A stretch of DNA of 51,505 bases from a virus (lineage: Duplodnaviria > Caudoviricetes). Location: positions 1 to 51,505 of IMG/VR virus record IMGVR_UViG_3300035138_000049; one strand, written 5' to 3'. The position numbers and the translations under genes are program-made. Positions 18,216 through 29,220 of this stretch are shown piece after piece. Under the pieces are notes generated by a model that ran no database searches, was not told where the DNA came from, and was given only the letters and a program-made list of their open reading frames with translations. Position 1 is the first letter of the stretch; each line of letters starts with the position of its first letter.

Positions 18216-20647
18216 ACATCCCGTTTAATTTTAGTCTTGGTGACCGCAGTGCCATAGATGCTGCGAAGGAAACCAGGGGCTTGCTTGTTGACGTTCGCAA
18301 GCAGGTTGATGACGCCGTGGCAAAGGGCGGCGTTGATGCTATTGCCGGCGGGGCAATGCAGCTCAGAAAGGTCAACGCTGAAATCAACCTCCTGGAGAAT
18401 GCTCTCGCCGAAACGATACAGCGTGCCGCCAAGGCGCGGGAGGAAATCGCCAGCGTCGAAAAAGGTACGAAGGAGTGGCGCGATCTCAGGCGGGAAATTC
18501 TGAAGTCCGAAAAAGCCATCACGGATTATTCGGCGCGCCTTGAGAAGATACCGGGCACATTGAAGCCTGCGTTGGAAACTCCGACCGGGCTTGTCGGTCG
18601 AGGCGATACGGCGCTCGCGTCCGTCGCTGGTCTTGCTGGCGCGTTTGGTGGCGGGGCCGGCACTGAAGCGCTGATGATTGGTAGCGACATCTTGGGTGTG
18701 GCGGATGCAATGGGCGAGCTGAGTGAAACGCTTCGGGATATGCCCGGCTTTATTGGTGGCGTGGCGAATGCGGGCGCAGCGCTGGCCGGTATTTTGCCGG
18801 GCGTAAGCGCAGGTATGGGGGCGGTACTGGCGGTGGCCGCGCCGGTTGCGGCGGGTATCGTTGGTGTCGTTGCGGCGTTCAATCAAATCCAATCCAATGC
18901 GAAAAAAGCGCGCGAGGAGATGGAGAAGGAGCTCGAAACCCGACGGCGCCTACTGGTGCTCAGCGGGGAAATTCAGAACGCCACACGCGACGAAGTGCAG
19001 GAGCGTATCGACCAGCTAAACCAACAGATACAGGACGAACAAGCCTTGATTGCCCAGGCGCAAACCGACCGTGAGACGCTGGAAACCGACCACTACAAAC
19101 GGCTTGGTATGTTCGTACACGTTTTTGAGAGTGGCGCAGAGGCGCAAATTGACGCTATCGAAGAAGACATTAAAAATAGCACAAATGCGGTTGAGGGTTA
19201 TACAGCAGAACTTAATGAATTATACGCGGCGCGCGATGATGACCTGCGTGCCGTCAACGATGCAATAGCGGCCGAACGTGAACTTGCTGAGAGTCGCCGT
19301 GAGGAAGCCGACATTATGCGCTCAGCAACCGCTGAGGGCGTACAGAAGCGTATCGATGTAACGCGCGAAGAGCTAGAGTTACAGCGCGAGCATATTGCCA
19401 GACTGGAAGAAGTACGCGCGGGCACAGAAGAGGGGACGAATGCCTACGAGCAAATCAGTCAGGAGATCATCGCTGCCAGCGAGGAGACCGACAACCTAAC
19501 CCAGCACCTGGAGTTTTTGGAGGGCGCGGCAATGAACGCCGCACGCGCCAACGATGCGGCGGCAGAGGCGCTCGAAAAAGAGAGAGAGGCCGCCGAGGAG
19601 GCGGCAAAAGCTGCCGAGGAAACCCGCGAGAAGATGCGTGAAGCCTACGAGTACGGCCAGCAGCAGCTCGCCGACATCGCGGACACGACCCAAAAATACA
19701 ACGACGAAATCGCCAAAATCAACGAAGACAAACTCAAGGCCCTGGCCGACCTTGAGCAGCGTTACAGCGACACGCTCGTGTCCATTGCAGAGAAAGCGGC
19801 AGATGATGCAGAAGCGGCGTACAGGGCGCTTCAGGATGAGATAGCCAGCGCCAACCTGGACATCCAGCGCGACGCCGCAGAGGCGACGCGGGAGGCCGGC
19901 CGCGAAGACCTACAAGCTAAGCTCGACTTCCAGCGCGAGGAGGCGAAGGCGGCCCGCGACCACGCCCGCGACATGAAGCGAATCCGCGAGGACGCGGCGG
20001 CGGCCGAGTTCGACATGATCGCGTCGCGCGACTTCGCCGCGCTGCTGCGCTCGCGCCTGTCCACGTCCCGCGCGCTGGAGCGGGCCGCAGGCGACTACGG
20101 GGTCGAGGGCCAGGAGCGCCGCCTTGCCTTTGATCAGGAGCGCGCCGATACGCAGCGCCAGCGCGAGACCGAACGTCAAGAGCGGCTGATCGACTACCAG
20201 CAGCGCATCGCGGACGCCCGCGCTGCCTACCAGGTCGAGCGGGCCGAGATCAACCAGCAGCGGCAGGATGCGCTCGCCGAGGCGAAGCAGGCATATGACC
20301 GCGAGACCGCGCTGGCGAAAAATGCGGCAGAGCAGGCGCTCCAGGTGCGCGCGGCCGGCTACCGCGAGGAAATCCGTATGCTGGCGATGACCCAAGGCCA
20401 ACGCCTCCAGATCGAGGCCGAGACGCAGCGGGCGCTCCTGCTCCAGGCCCAGCGCACCACGCAGTTCATGAATCAGATGCTCGGCAGCTTGCCGGCGCTT
20501 GGTGGCGGGGGCGGCAACACGACCCACAACAACGCGAACGTGACGCAAAACTTCAACCTCCAGGCGGGTGCGCAGGGCCTTTTGCAAATGCTCGGTCGCA
20601 TGGCCGCCGGCGAAGCGCAGAAGATTATTACCGGGGTAATGGGCTGA
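18200..20647 (+). CDS. Tape measure protein
   Basis: 815 aa, A/E/Q/R-rich helical sequence with a hydrophobic G/A segment; position. Confidence 0.8.
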   Translation: MGEDLNIPFNFSLGDRSAIDAAKETRGLLVDVRKQVDDAVAKGGVDAIAGGAMQLRKVNAEINLLENALAETIQRAAKAREEIASVEKGTKEWRDLRREILKSEKAITDYSARLEKIPGTLKPALETPTGLVGRGDTALASVAGLAGAFGGGAGTEALMIGSDILGVADAMGELSETLRDMPGFIGGVANAGAALAGILPGVSAGMGAVLAVAAPVAAGIVGVVAAFNQIQSNAKKAREEMEKELETRRRLLVLSGEIQNATRDEVQERIDQLNQQIQDEQALIAQAQTDRETLETDHYKRLGMFVHVFESGAEAQIDAIEEDIKNSTNAVEGYTAELNELYAARDDDLRAVNDAIAAERELAESRREEADIMRSATAEGVQKRIDVTREELELQREHIARLEEVRAGTEEGTNAYEQISQEIIAASEETDNLTQHLEFLEGAAMNAARANDAAAEALEKEREAAEEAAKAAEETREKMREAYEYGQQQLADIADTTQKYNDEIAKINEDKLKALADLEQRYSDTLVSIAEKAADDAEAAYRALQDEIASANLDIQRDAAEATREAGREDLQAKLDFQREEAKAARDHARDMKRIREDAAAAEFDMIASRDFAALLRSRLSTSRALERAAGDYGVEGQERRLAFDQERADTQRQRETERQERLIDYQQRIADARAAYQVERAEINQQRQDALAEAKQAYDRETALAKNAAEQALQVRAAGYREEIRMLAMTQGQRLQIEAETQRALLLQAQRTTQFMNQMLGSLPALGGGGGNTTHNNANVTQNFNLQAGAQGLLQMLGRMAAGEAQKIITGVMG

Positions 20648-21072
20648 TGGCGTTCTACCCGAACTACCAGCTCGCGCCCGATTATGACAACGTCGGGTCG
20701 CTCGCGACTCTGGAGGGCACCGTGCCCACCGGCGGCAGTCGCGGCTACCCCCCGGTGAACGCCTACCCCGGCTACGACCCCGGCGTTGAGCGGGCGCGCG
20801 GGAACCTGCAACTGTTTCACAGCGGCTACCCGGTCGTAACCTGGGTGCTCCAGGGGGTCGATTATTGGATGGAGCAGTATTTGCGCGATACGTACTGCTC
20901 CAGCGGCTACTCCGGGAACGTCACGTGCAAAACCACCACCGAGGACCACGACAGCTATGCAAACTACAACGCCGTGATGCGCTTGGAGAAGCGCCGCGAT
21001 ATCCAGCGCGCCCAGGGCCAGCCGGTGTTCAACGAGTACCGCATACGGTTGGTTTTGGTGGAGGCGTTGTGA
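20647..21072 (+). CDS. Distal tail (Dit-like) protein, putative
   Basis: Follows tape measure, coupled start. Confidence 0.5.
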   Translation: MAFYPNYQLAPDYDNVGSLATLEGTVPTGGSRGYPPVNAYPGYDPGVERARGNLQLFHSGYPVVTWVLQGVDYWMEQYLRDTYCSSGYSGNVTCKTTTEDHDSYANYNAVMRLEKRRDIQRAQGQPVFNEYRIRLVLVEAL

Positions 21073-24000
21073 TGGCGATACAGGCGGCGCTCAACTCCAC
21101 GCAAAAGGGTTACCTGCGCGCCAGTAGTTGGCGGGCGCAGCAGTACCTGAGCCTTGCGCCGAACACGAACGTGTACACGGCGCAAGTGGACGGTACGCCG
21201 TCGGGAAACGTGTTCGCATCTCTGACGATGGACAACACGAGCGGCACGGCGAGCGACGCATGGGTGGGGTTCACCGTGCTGATATCCCGCACCGATGACA
21301 AAGAGGCGGCGTTCTGGCGTGGCCGGGTGCGCAAAGCCATTGACGGGGCCACGCTTTACATCAACGAGACCTCCGCCGACATTCAGGATGACGATTACAT
21401 TTTCATCATCCAGGACGTGGCGTTGCACGAGAAGTTGCCCCGTGAGGCCAGCGGCACACGGTACAACGACTGGGATATCACGTTTCGCCAATTGCCCCCC
21501 GTCATCAACAACTTGCAAGCTGCCTACGCCGGGTTCATCTCAGGCGGGGCGTTGCAAATCCAGTTCCAGCCGTCGGCGGTTGCGGCGACTTCCGGTGCGT
21601 CGATCAGCAGCTATCAATTTACCATGCCGACCGGATATGGCTCAGTTGCGGCCGGCGCGCTCAACACGAACGATGTAACCATCGATTTCAACGAGGGCGT
21701 GTGGATCGTCCGCCTGGTCGTCACCGACAGCGGCGGGCGCACCGCAACGCGCTATATCCCGGTGTTTGCGCACGGGGAGACGACAACGCCCGCGCTCGGC
21801 TTTGGCGGCGCCGACATCACGGCGGGGCGCGACGGGTTCGGCGCGTCCGTGGCGGCGTTCGACGGCGTCGAGGACGTGCTCGATAACACGCTCGCGGTGA
21901 TGTGGCGCGCCAACGAGTTTTACGGCGCGACCGAGGTCAACTTGGGTAACAACATCGACATGGCGGGCCGCTTCCGCAGCGAGAGCACGCAGGTGGTTGG
22001 TGAGACGGGGATGTATGAAACCCGCTTCACCATTGAGGGGCCAGCGCAGCAGATGCGCAGCGTCGCCAGCCAGCTCATTACCTGCACCAATGAAAGCTCG
22101 CCGTCGGCCTGGGACGAGATTGCCGACCTGACGCCCTGGCGCGCCCTGGTGTACATGCTGGCGGAATTTAGTACGTTTTTTCATCTGTGGTCGCTGTCGT
22201 TTGACGCCACAGCAGGAACCTACGAAGTCCAGGCGCTCGACGCCGACCCGTCGAACTTGTGGGATATGGCGCAAGCGCTCTTGACCAACATCGACAAGCG
22301 GCTGGAATTTCGCCACGATGGGCACGGGTTCGTGTCGATCAAGGGCAATTACGCCGCGTCTGCCACCCGCGACACGCTGCCCACGGTCATCGACCTGGAA
22401 ACGCAAGACTATCTGAACATCGCCGTCGAGCACGCGCACGGGCCGACCGTGGGGCAGATTATCGGCTTTGGCGCGTATTACACCACCGGTAGCGGCGCGG
22501 TCGCGCCGCTCGCGTCCATCGCGCCGGGGCACGCTCAGGGGGCCGGGGCAGAGAAAAGCCAGCGCGCCGATTTCATTCTGGAGGCCGATAGCACCAAGGC
22601 GGCGGCGCAGGCCGAGCTTGGCCGGCGGCTTGGCGACCACTTCGCCGCCGTCAATCCCAAGGACCGTATCAGCGCCGACCTGCCTGACGGCTATTACGCG
22701 CTCGTTCCATCAGTAGGCACCTGGTACACGTGGACGCTGACCGAGGCTAACACGGGACGCAAAGACTACGACAGCGGCGATCGATGGACCCTCGCTGAAA
22801 TATCGTTCGGCCACGACAACGCCACGGGCGCGCGGGTTGTTTCGGCGGTGTTCGAGCGCGAGACCAGCGCCGACGATGCCGGGGTGAGCGCCCAAGCCTA
22901 CACACTGGCGAACCCCTACGCGGCTGTTGATGCCCAGTTCGACTATTTCCCGTGGTCGTCTTTTGCGCCGTTCCCCGACGATCCCGCCAGCTACCTGCCG
23001 CCTGATATCACGCTCGAACAACAGCACCCGTTCGACAGTGACCCGCTGAAGGTCTTTACGCCGGTCCCGCGCGATGGCAACACGGTTCTAGCTGGCGACC
23101 GGGATGCTGACGATAGCGACGATAGCGGCCTGTACCTGACATTCACCTATCTTTCGGCTGCGCCCGAATGGTTCGACATCTCGCCGGCGTCGGGCGTCGA
23201 GATCAAACACTCCTGCTTCAAATCAAATGCTAGTCGCGAGGCGTACTGCCTTACTTACGATAGCAACGCGGACGATTCATATTTCTACTACACCGAGGAC
23301 GCGTTTGCGTCGCCGGTGGCGTGGCAATTCGGAACAACCTTAAGCGGACAATGGGACTACATCCGCGTTGCCGAGGGCGGGGTTTACGTGGTGCGGGGCA
23401 ACACCACCACAAACCTGGTATCGCGCGATACGTGGTCGGTGGACAGCAGCGTGAACGCGTACCAATACGGCACATACACCCTGGAAGATGGTGTGACGTA
23501 CGTCGTGCGTATGGCAGGCGCGGTGCAGTACGATTACCCTGCGCACCCAGGCTATAAGGCGGACGCGCAATACCGGACGTTTGACGATTTCTCCTCGTAT
23601 GTGCGCAAAAATTACGCCGTTTTTAACAATGGAGATAGCCCAGATGCAGACGACGCGACTTACGATGGGGCAACACATACCTATGATTTCACCCGTATAG
23701 GTGCGGGTGCAACCATAGGTATCAAGTTCCCCGATTCAACGTACACCGACAATGTCGGTTCGTTTTCTATCACGCTTTACGAGGTTGTGGCGGCGGCGGC
23801 AAATGCACAGGTGCGCTATAGCACCGACGATGGTGACACATTTGCCGGAGCCGTAACAATTGGTAGCACGCCGGGCAACGAGCAGTGTGGGTTCGACACG
23901 ATCCGCGCGGGCGCTACGTCGGTTGGCTGCGCGCTCAATCAGGTCAAGATTGCGACGGCAGCGGGCGGAGTGTACAGCGATGAGGGCAACGCGCCGGCCG

Positions 24001-24500
24001 ACCTCAATCCAGTTATGATCGATATTCCTCTGTGGAAAGTCGGCGCTGATGGCGGCGCAGTCGCCGACCAGAACATCGACACCGAAACGCCGGAGTACAT
24101 CCTCGGCACGACCGGCGCGGACGGCTCCGGCAACCGTCTGTTCGTCGTCAATTCGAGTGGCGATACAGGCATCCAGCCGGCGAGCGGTTACGCCGCGTTC
24201 AATCCAAATGCTATTGCTACGTGTGACGTGAACGGCTTGCACATTGCCGTATTCATGACGAGCGTGCCCGCTGGCGAAATCCACTTGTTCACCAGCGACG
24301 ACGGTGGCTCGTCCTGGGGCGACCGGGGCGCGATGGCGGAAAGTTCGAAGTGGCTTCGGATGCGCTCGCAGAGTGTCAATCAGCTATTTTTTGTCCAGGG
24401 CACGGACGGCCTGGGGTACTCCGCCGACTTCGGCGCAAACCTGATTACCAAGGACGCACCGGGCGGAAGGGTGCCGCAGTTTATTGAGGTGTACGGCTGA
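21072..24500 (+). CDS. Large tail tip/baseplate hub protein
   Basis: About 1140 aa; PKD-like segment (VRLVVTDSGG), Asp-box repeats (YSTDDGDTF, TSDDGGSSW, YSADFGAN). Confidence 0.75.
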   Translation: MAIQAALNSTQKGYLRASSWRAQQYLSLAPNTNVYTAQVDGTPSGNVFASLTMDNTSGTASDAWVGFTVLISRTDDKEAAFWRGRVRKAIDGATLYINETSADIQDDDYIFIIQDVALHEKLPREASGTRYNDWDITFRQLPPVINNLQAAYAGFISGGALQIQFQPSAVAATSGASISSYQFTMPTGYGSVAAGALNTNDVTIDFNEGVWIVRLVVTDSGGRTATRYIPVFAHGETTTPALGFGGADITAGRDGFGASVAAFDGVEDVLDNTLAVMWRANEFYGATEVNLGNNIDMAGRFRSESTQVVGETGMYETRFTIEGPAQQMRSVASQLITCTNESSPSAWDEIADLTPWRALVYMLAEFSTFFHLWSLSFDATAGTYEVQALDADPSNLWDMAQALLTNIDKRLEFRHDGHGFVSIKGNYAASATRDTLPTVIDLETQDYLNIAVEHAHGPTVGQIIGFGAYYTTGSGAVAPLASIAPGHAQGAGAEKSQRADFILEADSTKAAAQAELGRRLGDHFAAVNPKDRISADLPDGYYALVPSVGTWYTWTLTEANTGRKDYDSGDRWTLAEISFGHDNATGARVVSAVFERETSADDAGVSAQAYTLANPYAAVDAQFDYFPWSSFAPFPDDPASYLPPDITLEQQHPFDSDPLKVFTPVPRDGNTVLAGDRDADDSDDSGLYLTFTYLSAAPEWFDISPASGVEIKHSCFKSNASREAYCLTYDSNADDSYFYYTEDAFASPVAWQFGTTLSGQWDYIRVAEGGVYVVRGNTTTNLVSRDTWSVDSSVNAYQYGTYTLEDGVTYVVRMAGAVQYDYPAHPGYKADAQYRTFDDFSSYVRKNYAVFNNGDSPDADDATYDGATHTYDFTRIGAGATIGIKFPDSTYTDNVGSFSITLYEVVAAAANAQVRYSTDDGDTFAGAVTIGSTPGNEQCGFDTIRAGATSVGCALNQVKIATAAGGVYSDEGNAPADLNPVMIDIPLWKVGADGGAVADQNIDTETPEYILGTTGADGSGNRLFVVNSSGDTGIQPASGYAAFNPNAIATCDVNGLHIAVFMTSVPAGEIHLFTSDDGGSSWGDRGAMAESSKWLRMRSQSVNQLFFVQGTDGLGYSADFGANLITKDAPGGRVPQFIEVYG

Positions 24501-25306
24501 TGCCGCGATGGTTGCGTGAAAAATACCGACGCGATACTGGCACCACTGGCGAAGTGGCCGTGCTCGGCAATTCGTCGGGGAAGGTATATGTAGATGGCCG
24601 GAAGGGGTTTGTGTACGTGCGGCGGCAGGCTAGCGATGGCTCATGCACCGATGAAGCTCAGGCGCGCGGGCCAACGGCGAACGTGAAGACCGCCGCCAAC
24701 CGCTACGTAACTTTGGGCTACACAAACAATATCTTGCACGTCACCGGCGTGAGTTTTGACGCAGAGCTGGTGGCGGGACAAAATCCGATGATTAACAATG
24801 CCGCCGATCCTTTGGCGAACAAGTGGACAGATCAGGCCACCCTCAAGACGGCGTATTGCCACGCAGTACAGGGAACCATGACGGCGGCGGTTCGAGTGTG
24901 GCCGGCATTGTACCGGGGGAAGTTTCGCATCATCCAGGGCAATGTCGATCTTACGTCATATGTACCAGCGGCGGGAAAGCATCGGTTGGCGCTGGTATAC
25001 ATCGATACCGGCTTTGATGTCATGGCGACCGGCAGCGACGAGCAGTCGCTTGGCGTGCCGCTCGGCATAGACGATATGAACGAGGCGTACAGCGCCGCGA
25101 CCGATATCCTGGCGCCGATCTGGTTCTGGTATCTCACGAGCAGCACGACCGCGCTGAGCAACGCCGATTATCCAGATGGCAACAAGTGGATTGATGCGCG
25201 CCAGATTATCAATCTGGACGTTGCGACCAGGGTGGACGTTGCATTATTCGACGAAAACCTGGCCTTCATTCTCGACGAAAACGGAACAACAGTGATGGGG
25301 TGGTGA
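24500..25306 (+). CDS. Minor tail protein (putative)
   Basis: Coupled ORF in tail module. Confidence 0.55.
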   Translation: MPRWLREKYRRDTGTTGEVAVLGNSSGKVYVDGRKGFVYVRRQASDGSCTDEAQARGPTANVKTAANRYVTLGYTNNILHVTGVSFDAELVAGQNPMINNAADPLANKWTDQATLKTAYCHAVQGTMTAAVRVWPALYRGKFRIIQGNVDLTSYVPAAGKHRLALVYIDTGFDVMATGSDEQSLGVPLGIDDMNEAYSAATDILAPIWFWYLTSSTTALSNADYPDGNKWIDARQIINLDVATRVDVALFDENLAFILDENGTTVMGW

Positions 25307-25309
25307 ACG

Positions 25310-26044
25310 ATGGGAGTAGGAATAGGCTCGGCAGAAATCTTTTATGTGCGTCTCAAGGAGCAGGGGAGCGCGCCAGCTACGCCAGCGAGCGGCTACGCGC
25401 AGTTTTACATTACGACCGACCCGCTACTGGCGCTGAAAGACGACGCGGGAAACGCAATCACGTTCGCGTCGGCGCTCGCGCAATTGTCGGACGTCCTGTC
25501 GGCGGCGCAGACCGCCAATTTCGTGCTGGCCGCCGGCGATGGCGCGAGCGGCGGGACGTACCGGGGCCGCGCGCTGGTGGCCGCCGACCTCGCGACCGCG
25601 CTTGCCGAACCGCCCGAAATCGGCGGGACGTCAACCGACGACATCTACGCGACGCTGCTCGGCCTGGGCTCCAGTAGTACGTCCTACTGCTGGATCAAAT
25701 ACAAGGACAGCACAGTGTCGAGTATGTCGGGCGCGACCGCCACGATCGATTTAAATATCCCTGCGAATAGCGTCATCCTGGGCGTTTCGATGAACGTTGA
25801 GGCAGCCATCGCCGACGACGGCGGCGATGACACCTGGTCGAGCGAATTCAACGACGGGGGCACGGTTGTCGCAATCGAAAGCGGCAGCGCGCCCGCGCAA
25901 AACACGAAAGTGATTAAGCCGTTCACGCAGGTCACGGATGCCGAGACCGATATCGTGTTGACGCCGAACGGCGGCAGCTTTACGAGCGGCAGCGTCCGGG
26001 TTGTGGTGGCCTGGTTCCAGATTGACCAGCTACCAAACGCATAA
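25310..26044 (+). CDS. Tail fibre/receptor-binding-like protein (putative)
   Basis: APATPASG, YRGRALVAADL fibre-like segments. Confidence 0.5.
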   Translation: MGVGIGSAEIFYVRLKEQGSAPATPASGYAQFYITTDPLLALKDDAGNAITFASALAQLSDVLSAAQTANFVLAAGDGASGGTYRGRALVAADLATALAEPPEIGGTSTDDIYATLLGLGSSSTSYCWIKYKDSTVSSMSGATATIDLNIPANSVILGVSMNVEAAIADDGGDDTWSSEFNDGGTVVAIESGSAPAQNTKVIKPFTQVTDAETDIVLTPNGGSFTSGSVRVVVAWFQIDQLPNA

Positions 26045-26055
26045 GGAGGTATGGC

Positions 26056-26406
26056 ATGGGACTGCAAAAAATTGAACTGACACTGACGGCGGCGACCGGC
26101 ACGGCATATACCGACGGGCCAGTATTTGGCTTCGTAGAGTGCATCCGGCTGGAGTATACCGACATCGCCAACGCCACGACCGATGTGACGATCTCCGAGG
26201 AGGGCGACCCGTCGCGCGATATCATGACGATTAGCAACTCCAACACCGATGCTACATATCAGCCGCACGTTTCGATGCAAGACAGCACGGGGAGTGATAC
26301 CGGATTGTATCGGATGCCGTATATCTCAGGCCAACGGCTGAAAATGACAGCGGCGCAATCCGACGCCGGTACGATCACAGCGTATATCAACCTGATCGAG
26401 GTGTAG
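26056..26406 (+). CDS. Hypothetical structural protein
   Basis: AAGGAGG RBS; T/S/D-rich. Confidence 0.6.
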   Translation: MGLQKIELTLTAATGTAYTDGPVFGFVECIRLEYTDIANATTDVTISEEGDPSRDIMTISNSNTDATYQPHVSMQDSTGSDTGLYRMPYISGQRLKMTAAQSDAGTITAYINLIEV

Positions 26407-26408
26407 CA

Positions 26409-27350
26409 GTGGATAGGCGCAGGCGCGCAGCGATCATAGTTGCCGCAATGGGCGGCGGCGTCCCTACACTTTTCCGCGACTTCTTCACCCGCGCAGACGG
26501 CGCGCCTGGTAACGGCTGGTATTCGCCGGACGGTGGGACGATTGCGATTGCGTCAAACGCGCTGGCTATAACGCCGACGTTGGGGGAGGAGCTGCTGCTC
26601 AACGGCGGGTTTGATACTGCCGCCAATTGGTCAATTGGTATTTCGGCGTCTTGGTCAATCGGTTCTGGCGTTGCCAGCTACGATGACGTGACGACGAGCT
26701 ATCTGCAACAAACGGATATTTCTATTGTTTCTGGTGAATGGTTGCAATTTAGGTTTGATGTTAATGCACCAGCTTTAATAAGGCTGGCCTTTTATGGTAA
26801 CAGCGGCTCTATTGACAATGCGTTTATCCCCTACGCAGCTTACAACACTAATTCATATTTCCGCGCGGTTGGAGCAATTCCAAACGCAAATCAACTGCGA
26901 ATTTATGCGGACAACGGTGAGGGAGACGGTGAGATTGACAATGTGAGCCTTAAAAAAATGAGTGCGCTCTTTGCCCTCCGCGCACAGGCATTCACCAACG
27001 CCTACGCCCAAGCCGCGATTACCCGCACCGCCTACACTCAGGCTGGCATCGCCCACTACGCCGATGCCGATAATTTCGTGATCGCCTACTTCAACGGTGA
27101 CGACAAGGTGAAGCTGGTGAAAAACGTCGCGGGGACGTATACCGAGGTGGGCAGCGCTGACATCACCTATGGTGCGGGGAATGTGCTGAAGCTCAGCCGG
27201 TCAGGGACCACCTATACCGTCACATACGACGACGTGGACGAACTCACCCAGACGATCTCCGATAGCGCGTTCACGTCGGCCAAAACGTGGGGACTGTTCA
27301 GTACCCACAACGGCAATAGCTTCGATGACTACGAATGGGGAAAAAACTGA
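26409..27350 (+). CDS. Carbohydrate-binding/lectin-like virion protein (putative)
   Basis: ELLLNGGFD...IDNVSLK CBM-like insert of lower GC within a beta-sandwich-like protein. Confidence 0.55.
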   Translation: MDRRRRAAIIVAAMGGGVPTLFRDFFTRADGAPGNGWYSPDGGTIAIASNALAITPTLGEELLLNGGFDTAANWSIGISASWSIGSGVASYDDVTTSYLQQTDISIVSGEWLQFRFDVNAPALIRLAFYGNSGSIDNAFIPYAAYNTNSYFRAVGAIPNANQLRIYADNGEGDGEIDNVSLKKMSALFALRAQAFTNAYAQAAITRTAYTQAGIAHYADADNFVIAYFNGDDKVKLVKNVAGTYTEVGSADITYGAGNVLKLSRSGTTYTVTYDDVDELTQTISDSAFTSAKTWGLFSTHNGNSFDDYEWGKN

Positions 27351-27589
27351 TGGCAAAAGCGCGCTTTGTAGTGAAATTCGACGCCTCCGCTGGGCGACCA
27401 ACGCTGCCAACGCAGGAAACGCACGGGTTCACGGTAGACGGTCACGGCGTCGATGGGTACGGGTGGGTTACGTGCAGCTACACGCCGCCCTTCGAGAGCG
27501 ACTCGTGCGTGATTCTCGTGAACACGACCGAGGAAGTCATTCTGGGCATGATTGCGCACGACGATTTTGGATTTATTGAGGAGTCCTGA
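27350..27589 (+). CDS. Hypothetical protein
   Basis: Coupled ORF. Confidence 0.5.
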   Translation: MAKARFVVKFDASAGRPTLPTQETHGFTVDGHGVDGYGWVTCSYTPPFESDSCVILVNTTEEVILGMIAHDDFGFIEES

Positions 27590-27591
27590 AA

Positions 27592-27822
27592 ATGTCTCAC
27601 GTGAATCTTGACGGGGAGGTCAAAAAGGTGGACTTGCCATTCACCGCCGCCGAGCGCGCGAAAATGGTGACATTTCTCATCAGCATGGGGTACACCGGCT
27701 TAGATATAGCCGCCGTAGCAAGCTCTGGATCGCGCGAGGCGTTCGCGGCGGCGATCTACGACCTGCACGCCGACGGCGCGACGGCCACCGACATACAGGC
27801 CGCGAACGTGGGCGGTAAGTAG
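27592..27822 (+). CDS. Hypothetical protein
   Basis: GAGGAG RBS; followed by a GC hairpin at about 27831-27854. Confidence 0.55.
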   Translation: MSHVNLDGEVKKVDLPFTAAERAKMVTFLISMGYTGLDIAAVASSGSREAFAAAIYDLHADGATATDIQAANVGGK

Positions 27823-27892
27823 GCGGAAACGGGCCGGCGGTCACACGCCGGCCCTGATTAAACAACGAAAAGGCGACGCCAGGGACTAAAAC

Positions 27893-28411
27893 ATGGAGAC
27901 GATCACGGCATTTCGCATTCTCAACTACCTAACCGAACACAAGTCGGCGCCACACTCGACGCTGGCAGCCGCGCTTGACATTTCGCAGCACGAATTGCTG
28001 CGGGCCACCGAGTGGCTGTCGTCGGAGGACCTGGTAGCCGACCGGGGCGACCACCTCACGATATCGCCGCATGGCGAACTGGCGGGTCGCATCATGAACC
28101 CGAAAAATCTCGCACCGCCGACCGACGACCCGATGCAGGCGTGGATCGCGCAGCAAACGTTCGCGCTGCGTGTCGATTTCGCCCAGGTAGCCGTGAAGCT
28201 CGACGAGGTGCGGGCTGACCAGCAGCGGCTCGACGAGCAGGTCGAGCACCACAATGTCGTCCTGTTCGGCAACGGCAAGGAGGGTGAGCGCATCGGCGTG
28301 GTAGCAAAGTTGCGTTTGATGACCTACGTTCAGGCCGGCACGCTCGCGGCCGTGATCCTACTGACGGTGCTGGTCGTGGTGCTGTTCATAGTGGCGGGGG
28401 GTGCAGTGTAA
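27893..28411 (+). CDS. Protein with N-terminal winged-helix-like region, coiled coil and C-terminal TM helix
   Basis: RILNYL..STLAAALDIS..WLSSEDLV; hydrophobic C-terminus. Confidence 0.6.
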   Translation: METITAFRILNYLTEHKSAPHSTLAAALDISQHELLRATEWLSSEDLVADRGDHLTISPHGELAGRIMNPKNLAPPTDDPMQAWIAQQTFALRVDFAQVAVKLDEVRADQQRLDEQVEHHNVVLFGNGKEGERIGVVAKLRLMTYVQAGTLAAVILLTVLVVVLFIVAGGAV

Positions 28412-28515
28412 TGGAACTGCTCTGCGGCGGTTTTGCAATATTTGTGTTTGCCGTGTCGTTTCTGATCGCCCGACATTTCGCCATGAAAAATGGCGATGAC
28501 AATAAGGAGAATTGA
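28411..28515 (+). CDS. 34-aa membrane peptide (not in ORF track)
   Basis: MELLCGGFAIFVFAVSFLIARHFAMKNGDDNKEN; exactly fills the gap between neighbours. Confidence 0.5.
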   Translation: MELLCGGFAIFVFAVSFLIARHFAMKNGDDNKEN

Positions 28516-28516
28516 G

Positions 28517-29173
28517 ATGTTCAACTACAAATCAAAATACCCGCTGGTCCTTGCGCTGGTCGTGGTCGTGCTGCTGCTCGCGCTGCCGGAGGTCGGCGCG
28601 CTGGCCCAGGAGGAATGCACGGGCACCGTCGCCGTCGAGGGCGACCTGGCCGTCGGCGTCTACGAGGTGCCCAGCGCCGTGCAAGGGCCGCCGGCGTTCG
28701 CGCTCCAGAGCGGCGACGAACTGACCGTACTCAACCGCCTGGGCGACTGGCTGCTCGTCGAGTACGGCGACCAGGCCGGTTACGTGCGCGCCGAGGCCGT
28801 CGCGGTGCCCGATACATGCGCGCTTCCCGGCGATGAACTACCGCCGTATCTCCAGCAGCTCGTCGTGGTCGGCATCGTGCTGCTGGGCAGCACCGCCGCC
28901 GGGCCGATCATCACGTACATCACGCAGATCGCCAAGCTAATACTAGGCGCGTTTGGTGTCACCGGTTACGGCGGCAAGATCGCGCTAATCATCGGCGTGG
29001 TCTTCGTGCAGGTCGTTATCGGCGCCAACGTGCTGGGCGTGCAGAATGCGCTTACGGGTGAGTTCGAAACCGCCGCGCGCATCCTGGGCAATATCCTGGC
29101 GCTGCTGGCGTCGCTGGTGGTCTACGGGCCGCTGAAGAAGGCCGGGGTGATGCCTGGCGCGAAACCTGAGTAA
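28517..29173 (+). CDS. Signal peptide + SH3b-like domain + three TM helices (holin-like C-terminus)
   Basis: LQSGDELTVLNRLGDWLLVEYGDQAGYVRAEAV; three hydrophobic segments. Confidence 0.7.
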   Translation: MFNYKSKYPLVLALVVVVLLLALPEVGALAQEECTGTVAVEGDLAVGVYEVPSAVQGPPAFALQSGDELTVLNRLGDWLLVEYGDQAGYVRAEAVAVPDTCALPGDELPPYLQQLVVVGIVLLGSTAAGPIITYITQIAKLILGAFGVTGYGGKIALIIGVVFVQVVIGANVLGVQNALTGEFETAARILGNILALLASLVVYGPLKKAGVMPGAKPE

Positions 29174-29220
29174 CGATGTGGTCGGGCGATGCCCGACCTT
29201 AATATAACCGGGGTAATAAA

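Noticed and set aside
21072-27350. Diversity-generating retroelement targeting tail genes
   Set aside because: No reverse transcriptase ORF and no TR/VR-like repeat pair noticed.
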